A stretch of 35,526 nt of DNA, taken from assembly GCA_048939245.1 (NCBI GenBank), contig JBHLPR010000022.1:1-35526 (forward strand), in the 5' to 3' direction. Positions 17,084 through 24,902 of the stretch are shown here, one piece after another (within the stretch, counting starts at the first letter, position 1; each line of letters begins with the position of its first letter). The position numbers and the translations under genes were made by a program. The DNA comes from Promethearchaeota archaeon (GTDB lineage: Archaea > Asgardarchaeota > Hermodarchaeia > Hermodarchaeales > Hermodarchaeaceae). Below the pieces are notes generated by a model that made no database searches, was not told the DNA's origin, and worked only from the letters and a program-made list of their open reading frames with translations.

Positions 17084-17504
17084 AATCCCTACAAAGCGTA
17101 AACTATTTACCACTCACTCCATTACAACTTTTCAACGAATTTACATTGCGTGCTATATGGAGTTATTGGGTGTGGTTGACGCAAAATCTCCTAGTTGGGT
17201 AAAGCAAGTTGTTCGACGATGGAAACAATTCTATCAAGAAATCCAATATGCTGATGGGCAACTGGATATGTCAAATCCCCTGAGCCTTATCTTCCAAAGA
17301 GAAATTCTTCCACAAGAAGCAGCAGCGCAAACCGCTAAAGGCGTTTCCCCATCACCTGAACCGCTTCCTTCGAAGAAAAAAGAGTCGGTAAAATCTCAAC
17401 CACAGAAAGCTCCGTCAAAAACAAAACATAAACAGAATAAAGGGCGGTTTTTCTCCAAACTAAAGGAAATCCAATGTCTCCTCAACCCTTACCCCTTTTT
17501 CTGA
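17067..17504 (+). CDS. Hypothetical protein, last gene of the SMC operon
   Basis: Overlaps the previous stop; helical N-terminal half and a Lys/Pro/Ser-rich basic tail. Confidence 0.6.
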   Translation: MVLQAKIPTKRKLFTTHSITTFQRIYIACYMELLGVVDAKSPSWVKQVVRRWKQFYQEIQYADGQLDMSNPLSLIFQREILPQEAAAQTAKGVSPSPEPLPSKKKESVKSQPQKAPSKTKHKQNKGRFFSKLKEIQCLLNPYPFF

Positions 17505-17505
17505 G

Positions 17506-18492
17506 CTAGTCTGATTCCTTCGCTCCTACTCCAAGTTCGGTGAGGATCTTGTCAACGATCTCCTTAGCTTGTTTTTTCGTGGCTGCTGATTCCGTAGTTG
17601 GTTCATCGCGAACATCGGCAGGAAGCTGGGGGAGTCCAGCAAGTGTTCGGACAATTCCGGAGATGGCGTGTTTAGCGACTGACACTTCGGATCCTCCGGA
17701 TAGTAATACGACTAATCGACCTGAACAGACTTCTTCTGCGGCCTGCATAAGAATCTCCGTCATAGCTGGAAAGGCCGCTAATGACAGATTAAATCCACCA
17801 TAATCCAATGCGTGTGCATCGTGTCCCATATTCCATAGAATCATCTCGGGGCGAATCTGACGGGCCAAGGGGTGCACCAATCGGCGAACTGCTGTGACAA
17901 AGGAGTCATCACTACTGCTGCTGGGAAAGGGAACGTCTATATGGCGGTGTGTGACCAAATCGAAGCTCTCTCGAAAACTCGCTTCAAAATTCAGATGGTA
18001 TACTCCTTCATCGTCACCAAGCGTATCACGAGTTCCATCTCCTGGATGGGGATCTGTATCAACAATGAAGAACCGTTTCGCTCCATGTGTTTGCTGCAAA
18101 TGGCGCACTAATAACGCTGTGTTATTGTAATAGCAGAATCCCCAAAAGGAATCACGGCTTGCATGGTGCCCAGCACAACCAGTAAAAGCAAACGCATTCG
18201 CAGCGTCACCTACCCACACAGCTTCACCAGCACGAATAGCTGAACCACTGGATACCAATGAAGCAGGATCATACCCTGAATCTTTTACCCTTCTGATGTG
18301 ATCCGAAGTATGGACCTTTAGAAGCAACTTTTCACTTACTTTCGGGGCTTCTTCTACTTTGGTCTGGGTAGCATCGAGAGTTCCAGTTTCTCGAAGATAA
18401 TCAAAGGCTGGTTGTACTCGGCCCGCCAATACTGGGTAGCCTTCAACCGCCATTAGAGGGTGGTAAAGAATAAGGGTTGGTTTCTTTCTCAT
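17506..18492 (-). CDS. Zn-dependent histone deacetylase family protein
   Basis: GHHA, GFCYYNN, DTDPHPGDGT, GHDAH..D, and LSGGS (normally EGGY). Confidence 0.92.
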   Translation of the reverse strand: MRKKPTLILYHPLMAVEGYPVLAGRVQPAFDYLRETGTLDATQTKVEEAPKVSEKLLLKVHTSDHIRRVKDSGYDPASLVSSGSAIRAGEAVWVGDAANAFAFTGCAGHHASRDSFWGFCYYNNTALLVRHLQQTHGAKRFFIVDTDPHPGDGTRDTLGDDEGVYHLNFEASFRESFDLVTHRHIDVPFPSSSSDDSFVTAVRRLVHPLARQIRPEMILWNMGHDAHALDYGGFNLSLAAFPAMTEILMQAAEEVCSGRLVVLLSGGSEVSVAKHAISGIVRTLAGLPQLPADVRDEPTTESAATKKQAKEIVDKILTELGVGAKESD

Positions 18493-18566
18493 CGTGAAAA
18501 CCGCCTTAATATATGTGGGCGAAAAAGGATTTAACAGGATATGCTATTCTACTCGACAAGCTAAGG

Positions 18567-19775
18567 ATGGGATTAGCATTGGAAATTCGAAAGATTACCA
18601 AAGATGAACGCTTGGCCCTTAATGATCTCTACCGCTACGCCTATACTGAATGGTCAGATCAGGACGTGAAGGATGAAGAATTAGATGATATGCGCATAGA
18701 AGAAACTCTTGGGGTGTTCGAAAATGGACGTTTGGTCTCGTCGTTACGTGTTCATGATTTCCAACAATCTGTGCGCGGTGTTCTCAAATCATGTGGAGGA
18801 ATCGCAGGTGTCGCCACTTACCCAGAAGCCCGACGTAAGGGATTTGTTCGTAAATTAATGCAAGAAAGCTTTACCATCATGCACAAGCAAGGGCAATCGG
18901 TTAGTATGCTCGACCCTTTCAAACAAACCTATTATGAACAATTCGGTTTCGTCGCTGCGAATGCTCCTTATCTCATTGAAGCTCCCATCAAACAGCTAAC
19001 AGTCTGGCATCCAAAGAAACAAGACTCCGATTGGACCTATGAACGCGTTCGTGCAGTCAACGCTAAAGAGGATTACTTAAACTTCGTCCGAGAGGTAGGT
19101 CCCAGTCAATATCATGGCTATATCATTTTCAAAACCATTCCCGATACCATGTGGAAACGACGAGTAAAAGATAGTGTCATCGTCTTCGTAAAATACAAGG
19201 GAAATACTGAGGCATTGAGCCGTTATCGAATCAAAGGTGAACGCATCAAAGGGCAATACCGTTCCACATTCCATGTGATTGATGCCCTTTGGCGATCTAG
19301 AGCGGCTCGAGACCGACTCTTCGCCTTTTATTTGAAGCATCAAGATCAAATCGACAACATCAGTATCCATGCTCCCTTCGAAACTAAAGTGGAACATTGG
19401 TTCAAAGATACTCGATTGAAAGTTGAGCGCAAAACAACCTGGATGGTTCGTATCATCGATGCGAAAAAAGCTATTGAGGACCTTCCAGGAGCCGGCGAGG
19501 ATATCATTTCTGTTGAACTTTCGGATAGTGATTGTCCCTGGAATAACGGTGTGTTTTCTCTGCAATCGGAAAAAGGGCGATTGCGTCTAACTGAAAGCTC
19601 CGGACACTCTGTTGTCAAAAGCTCAATCCAAGCCTTTTCTTCATTACTATATGGGACGCAGTCCCTTGAGGAACTAGAGTTCCAAGGCAATATCACAGTT
19701 TCCGAAAAATGGGCTAGACATATCCTCCAACGCTGGTTTCCCCCTCTCTCCCTGTATAATGTTGTTTACTTCTAG
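18567..19775 (+). CDS. Eis-family GNAT acetyltransferase
   Basis: GGIAGVATYPEARRKG, YYEQFGF, SCP-like C-domain (DSDCPWNNG) and a C-terminal Phe. The start was chosen by alignment to the paralog. Confidence 0.9.
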   Translation: MGLALEIRKITKDERLALNDLYRYAYTEWSDQDVKDEELDDMRIEETLGVFENGRLVSSLRVHDFQQSVRGVLKSCGGIAGVATYPEARRKGFVRKLMQESFTIMHKQGQSVSMLDPFKQTYYEQFGFVAANAPYLIEAPIKQLTVWHPKKQDSDWTYERVRAVNAKEDYLNFVREVGPSQYHGYIIFKTIPDTMWKRRVKDSVIVFVKYKGNTEALSRYRIKGERIKGQYRSTFHVIDALWRSRAARDRLFAFYLKHQDQIDNISIHAPFETKVEHWFKDTRLKVERKTTWMVRIIDAKKAIEDLPGAGEDIISVELSDSDCPWNNGVFSLQSEKGRLRLTESSGHSVVKSSIQAFSSLLYGTQSLEELEFQGNITVSEKWARHILQRWFPPLSLYNVVYF

Positions 19776-19849
19776 CTCCGGTCTAAACACGAGCCTTTTT
19801 AGGCAGAACAAGCATTGGGTTGACCCACAAATAACATGAGGGTTCTTCC

Positions 19850-20242
19850 ATGGGCTTTGAAATTCCCTTTGAGAAAATCCAAGCAGCAATTAAGCAATAT
19901 CTCTCTTTTGAAGCCGATCCAATTACTCGTACGATTCGATTAGAGTTTAGAGGAACTATATACGAAGAGATGCCCTTTGGGGACATGCTGGAAGACGAAG
20001 AGGGATTAAAGCGTATGGCAAAGAACATCATGGATGAAGATATCCAATACACCGCTGAACCGCTTCCTGAAGGAAAAGGAGTCTTACTCCATTTCGAGAC
20101 CGAAGACGAATACCAGAAGATGTATGATTTCATCGACGGAATTGTCAATGGGGATTTACTCCAAGAACTCATGAAAAAAGTCTTACAATCGATGTTTTCA
20201 GCGATGGATGATGACAGCTCTGAATTCGATAATACAACTTAG
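19850..20242 (+). CDS. Acidic hypothetical protein
   Basis: 130-aa ORF with a GAGGG SD; no recognised motif. Confidence 0.7.
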   Translation: MGFEIPFEKIQAAIKQYLSFEADPITRTIRLEFRGTIYEEMPFGDMLEDEEGLKRMAKNIMDEDIQYTAEPLPEGKGVLLHFETEDEYQKMYDFIDGIVNGDLLQELMKKVLQSMFSAMDDDSSEFDNTT

Positions 20243-20403
20243 CCTTATGAAACAGCAAGAAGAATTCGCCACGGGTCATCAATCGGTACCGAATTCAGTA
20301 AAAGAAGTAAACGCTTACCATTACTTGTCTAATGGGTAATAGTGAAGATAGACATCTCATCAACCTATCATTATTTATCGGATTCGAAAGGAAAAGAGAA
20401 CTA

Positions 20404-21774
20404 ATGATTCGTAACCTAGCAAAACTAGTCAAAGGGTCATACCATAACCAACACGCTCGGTGTAGTGTGCTTAACTTTCTTGAAGCTGCGCTCCAAGCCG
20501 TTGATCCACGACTCCTTGTTCAAAAAGCCCTTACATGCAATGATAATCTCCTCTCGTTTGCACGCAAACACCTGAAATTAGACGCCATCGATGGAATCTA
20601 TGTCATTGGTGCTGGAAAAGCTTCTGGACGGATGGCCGAAGCCACAGAGACCCTCCTCGAAGATCACATAAACGGCGGACTAGTCATTGTACCTAAGACG
20701 AATATTACTGACTATCGACTTGAATACATTGAACTGCTAGGTGGAGGACATCCAACACCTAATCACTCCAATACTCAAGCCACGCAGCAACTCCTCACTT
20801 TTTTGAAAGAGATTCCTAATGATGCCCTAATTCTAAGTCTTTTTTCTGGAGGCGGTTCTGCCCTCCTCACCCTTCCCACTCCACCAATTACCTTGCAGGA
20901 TCTTCAGCACGTTACGCGTCTTCTTTTGCAGTCAGGTTTACCGATCATTCAAATTAACACGATACGTAAACACCTCTCTCAGGTCAAGGGTGGTCAGCTT
21001 GCGTCCCATATATACCCCCGCCATCATTGGGGGCTTCTCATCTCTGATGTCCCAGGCGATCAACTTGATATGGTTGCCAGTGGACCAACCTTTCCCGATT
21101 CCACCACCTTCGCCGATGTCAATAATATACTGAAAACCAATCATCTCTGGGAGCATTTACCCATTCCCATTAGGGAACATTTTACCAAGGGATTGAACGG
21201 AGAAATATCTGATACGCCTAAACCCGGTGATCCCATTTTTGAAAGCTCAACTCACAAGCTCATCGGTAGTAACCTAGATGCTTGCAATGCAGCCCTCGCA
21301 AGCGCCAAAGCCAATCAATATCCTGCGCGTATCCTTACAACCGATTGTCAAGGTGAGGCTCGTGAAGTCGGTGAGAAACTGGGCAAAATTGCACAAAATC
21401 TTGCCAAACAAGCTAAACCACAGGTCTACATCATCGGGTCAGAAACCACCGTCACCGTACGACATGAGGGGAAAGGTGGGCGCAATACGGAATTGATTAC
21501 TGCTGCACTTTCCTACCTTCAGGGAACAGAGGGTCTTGCGATTGCCAGTCTTGCAACTGATGGCATCGACGGGCCCACCGATGCTGCTGGGGCCATCGGC
21601 GATGGTGATTCCTTCCACCGAGCCGCCTCACTCAATCTCTCTCCTCTTCAACTCTTAACAACAAACAACACTTATTCCCTCTTCCACGCCTTGGACGACT
21701 TGCTCATTACCGGACCCACCCATACCAATGTTCGCGATATCACCATTATTTATTGGGGCGGCTCAACACGATAA
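20404..21774 (+). CDS. Glycerate 2-kinase (MOFRL family)
   Basis: GAGKAS, GHPTP, SGGGSAL, RKHLSQVKGG, ISDVPGD, ASGPT, GGRN, TDGIDG, TGPTHTNV. Confidence 0.93.
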   Translation: MIRNLAKLVKGSYHNQHARCSVLNFLEAALQAVDPRLLVQKALTCNDNLLSFARKHLKLDAIDGIYVIGAGKASGRMAEATETLLEDHINGGLVIVPKTNITDYRLEYIELLGGGHPTPNHSNTQATQQLLTFLKEIPNDALILSLFSGGGSALLTLPTPPITLQDLQHVTRLLLQSGLPIIQINTIRKHLSQVKGGQLASHIYPRHHWGLLISDVPGDQLDMVASGPTFPDSTTFADVNNILKTNHLWEHLPIPIREHFTKGLNGEISDTPKPGDPIFESSTHKLIGSNLDACNAALASAKANQYPARILTTDCQGEAREVGEKLGKIAQNLAKQAKPQVYIIGSETTVTVRHEGKGGRNTELITAALSYLQGTEGLAIASLATDGIDGPTDAAGAIGDGDSFHRAASLNLSPLQLLTTNNTYSLFHALDDLLITGPTHTNVRDITIIYWGGSTR

Positions 21775-21875
21775 CTAAAACGGAACAGTTTCTGTAACCC
21801 TTTCAGTAAAGATTTTTCTTGTTCCACCCAGAAAACACAACTTATGAAAGGTAATCCTTCTGACCCTACACTTAA

Positions 21876-22308
21876 AACCTGAAATGCTCCGAATGTGGAG
21901 CGAAAATCACCCCCGAAGCCCTACAACCTGGCACCTCAATCATCTGCGAGTACTGCGGTGCAATCAACATCCGAATATCACCGCCACCCGAACAGCAAGT
22001 TACCCGTCGAGGAGTTCCTCGTCCAAGGGGTGCGAACCCGCCAAGGTGCACTTCGAGCACACCTCTTACACACAACTCGGTTACTCACGGAAAAAGGTGC
22101 CATAGATGCGAAACCCCTTCGCCAATATACAAAACGCCATATCGATCGCCGCATACGACTCGCAGTCGCCTTTCGCCGCGCACTCAGACAAATGCGTGAT
22201 GAGGGAAAAATTGATCGGGAGAAAATTCTCCCAGCAGTGGATGGACTTATTGCGGAGAAAAAGCTTCCACCCCGTGTGCGTCAAAGCTTCACGCTTCTTC
22301 TCCACTAG
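21876..22308 (+). pseudogene. Frameshifted zinc-ribbon plus helical-domain gene (pseudogene, recoded gene or assembly error)
   Basis: The frame from 21876 reads NLKCSECGAKI...IICEYCGAIN with no ATG/GTG/TTG start. A globular-looking C-terminus lies in the +1 frame and ends at 22308. Confidence 0.45.
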
Positions 22309-22392
22309 CGCATCTAATTTTCCTTTTTACTAGCGTCGAATGCAGACCTATTATAAGTTAGCTAAAAGACTGAGTCTTCGAAAAACTAGGAA

Positions 22393-22535
22393 GGGCATTG
22401 GATCTTATGGCGGATTAGGCACCTCCATAAAAAGGACATTTGTCCAATTTTAGGACACAATTGGAGGGGAGAGGGAATGGTTTTCTAGGGGGGAGGGAAG
22501 TGCCAATATCTTTCGCCAAACCCAATGTTCCCACA
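22393..22535 (+). ncRNA. Candidate structured non-coding RNA
   Basis: Nested stems 22393-22401/22522-22530, 22409-22414/22512-22517 and 22418-22422/22500-22504. TTATAA upstream at about 22351 and a T-rich tract downstream. Confidence 0.35.
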
Positions 22536-22652
22536 TGTAGCGCTCATTTTTGATATTTAAAACTATCATTCGGCGCTGCTTTATAAACTACTTTTCAGCC
22601 CTAAAAACCTACGGAAGCCGGCATCCACACAATATCTACTCGTTCTACTGCT

Positions 22653-24116
22653 TCATTTGAGTTGAAGATTAGGAGGCACAGGAAGCTTTGGATGGCGTTG
22701 GTAGTAATTATAGATGAGTTTCAGAATATCTGCAGCCTCTGCGATATTTGAAAAGACGGGGAGGTTTGCCTTGCGGAATTGTACTCGTGTGGCTAGATTT
22801 TCTTCTGGGTATCCAATGGCAGGAACAGCGACAAAGAAGGGTTTATGCAGTTCTTTGACACAATACTGTCCCGCATCAATCATCATATTCCAATATACCG
22901 TAGCCATATCTTTCAAATCCATGTGATTAGCCATGAAATGGACATAGTGGGGCGCTGCTTCCACAATTATCGAATCGATATTTGTATCTTCAGCAACTAG
23001 CCGAATTGTTTCCACAGTATTTTCTGGGTAGAAATAACTAGATGCCATGTCGATGGGATTCTTAATATTGGTTCCAACCGCGTTAATGACATCCGATAAC
23101 GCGTCAATGGTTTGAGGATTTAGTCGGGGGATTTTAAAGCCATATTGGGCGAGTGAGTCTGTTCCGGCGACACCTGCACCTCCACTAATAGCAATTAAAG
23201 CGACTCGGTTTCCTGGAGGCGGTGGACACCGAATGAAGGTCACGATGGTATTGACAAGTCGTTCAAAGCTATCGACGGAAATTGCACCTGTTTGATGAAG
23301 GAGGGCATCCCAGATATTCGTGGACCCTGCTAGAGCCGCGCTATGACTGGAAACCGCACGTTTGCCTGCATCAGTTACTCCTGACTTCCATACAACAATA
23401 GGTTTGGCTGGTGCACAGGCGCTAATGGCTTCTCGGAGACGTGGTCCATCACGGACCCCTTCAATGTAAATACCGATGACTTGCGTTTCAGGATCTTGGT
23501 GCAGATATTCTACGAGTTCCCAGCTACTAATATCCGCTTCGTTGCCATAGCTAAAGACCTTGCTACATCCCAACTGGGTTTCGGTCACAGCGAGGTAGGC
23601 ATCGATGGCTTTTCCCCCAGATTGTGAGATAAATCCGACGGGTCCTGGGTTGGGTATCAGATCTGGTCGAAATGAAAAACCTGACTCAGGACAGGTGAGT
23701 CCCATACAATTGGGTCCAAAAGCACGGATATGGCTTTGACGAATTTTCTTTATGATCTCTTTTTCCCGTTGTAATCCCTCTTGTGTCCCCAGTTCACTAA
23801 ATCCGCTTGTGAAAATGGTAACTGCTTTGACACCCTTGGCAATACATTCATCTAAAACTCGTGACACGATATGCGCAGGAACACGAAGAACGGCATAATC
23901 TACTGGATCTGGAACATCACTGAGGGTTTTATAAAATTTGAATCCCAAGGCTTCATCGATTTTGGGATTTATGGGATAGATTTTGCCAGGAAAGCCATAG
24001 TTTAGAAAGGATTTGAGCCAGTAGAATCCCGCTGATGGGCTCGTGCCGATTAATGCGACGGATTTAGAATGGATGAAGTCTTCGAACTGCTGGAATGTTT
24101 TTGCATCCATAGGCAT
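22653..24116 (-). CDS. ADP-forming acyl-CoA synthetase alpha subunit (CoA-binding protein)
   Basis: SVALIGTS, YPINP, SGFSE, GPNCMG, SQSGG, GNEAD, SHSAALAG (phospho-His), NPIDM. Confidence 0.9.
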   Translation of the reverse strand: MPMDAKTFQQFEDFIHSKSVALIGTSPSAGFYWLKSFLNYGFPGKIYPINPKIDEALGFKFYKTLSDVPDPVDYAVLRVPAHIVSRVLDECIAKGVKAVTIFTSGFSELGTQEGLQREKEIIKKIRQSHIRAFGPNCMGLTCPESGFSFRPDLIPNPGPVGFISQSGGKAIDAYLAVTETQLGCSKVFSYGNEADISSWELVEYLHQDPETQVIGIYIEGVRDGPRLREAISACAPAKPIVVWKSGVTDAGKRAVSSHSAALAGSTNIWDALLHQTGAISVDSFERLVNTIVTFIRCPPPPGNRVALIAISGGAGVAGTDSLAQYGFKIPRLNPQTIDALSDVINAVGTNIKNPIDMASSYFYPENTVETIRLVAEDTNIDSIIVEAAPHYVHFMANHMDLKDMATVYWNMMIDAGQYCVKELHKPFFVAVPAIGYPEENLATRVQFRKANLPVFSNIAEAADILKLIYNYYQRHPKLPVPPNLQLK

Positions 24117-24183
24117 CCCTGGTATACACTCGTTTCGTTAGCCGAAGGGCAATGTTATACTACTATTTTATGCTTAGCTAGAA

Positions 24184-24687
24184 TCAGGATTCTTTGGAAC
24201 TCACGAAGACTTGGGGAAGTGCTTTTTCCACACCAAACATAATGGCTACTCCCATAGCACATAGGATGGCAGTGCTAAGCACGATACCTGGCATCAATAG
24301 CAAATAAGGGGTGAAGACCAGAAACTGGAGATATGCAGGAACACCCAAGCCAATGATCAATGTGGGGTATAGCCAGCTAAGAAACCAGTGTGGGCAGGTT
24401 TTTCGGTTCATGACCAAAATGCCTGCAGCCAAGTTCAGAAGACTACCCAAGACCATATCAATAGCTCCAAGTCCCCCAAAAATATTCGCAACAAATCCAC
24501 CAATGAATAGTGCTACTGCCATCGGCCAGCCCAATATAAATGGAAACGGTAACAGAACATCAGCCACGCGGAATTGGATGCCATAGTAGCTCAGAGAGCC
24601 GAGTGCAATAGTGACTGCTGCATATACTGCTGACATAATTGCCATCAGGGCAATGCTTTGTGTACGATTCAATCTAGCCTTTTTCAT
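24184..24687 (-). CDS. queT: QueT-family transporter (7-deazaguanine precursor uptake, ECF S-component-like)
   Basis: AVYAAVT...LSYYGIQFRVAD, G.FVANIFG..G.IDMVLGS. Confidence 0.85.
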   Translation of the reverse strand: MKKARLNRTQSIALMAIMSAVYAAVTIALGSLSYYGIQFRVADVLLPFPFILGWPMAVALFIGGFVANIFGGLGAIDMVLGSLLNLAAGILVMNRKTCPHWFLSWLYPTLIIGLGVPAYLQFLVFTPYLLLMPGIVLSTAILCAMGVAIMFGVEKALPQVFVSSKES

Positions 24688-24760
24688 GGATTAAACCTCG
24701 CAGCCCGGGGTTTATTTAAATGAGCGGAGCACGGTGCGAGCATCCCACCCGCTCAACCAC
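24688..24760 (-). promoter_or_regulatory. Structured 5' leader of queT (riboswitch candidate)
   Basis: TGAGCGG/CCGCTCA stem (24721-24727/24749-24755) and TAAACC/GGTTTA stem (24692-24697/24709-24714) overlapping the GAGGT SD. TTATAA at about 24777-24782. Confidence 0.45.
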
Positions 24761-24902
24761 GCCAAGGCTTCCATCCTTATAATTGCTTTGTCATTGCAAC
24801 CAACATCCAAGAGAAGGAGCCACACCTGAACTCAGATTCCTGAAACTTGAAGCAAGCTTCTAGCTATAAAAGGAATTAATACGGTGCCATTGGCTAGGAA
24901 CG

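Noticed and set aside
12300-17504. Wadjet (JetABCD)/MksBEFG defence system
   Set aside because: No TOPRIM nuclease, the gene order is SMC-first, and the hinge and D-loop look Smc5/6-like. A defence role is still possible.
22463-22497. G-quadruplex
   Set aside because: Four G-runs are present, but one loop is 12 nt and the region is better explained by the surrounding stems.
24688-24760. Canonical preQ1-I riboswitch
   Set aside because: Lacks the short stem plus A-rich tail consensus; kept only as a novel candidate.
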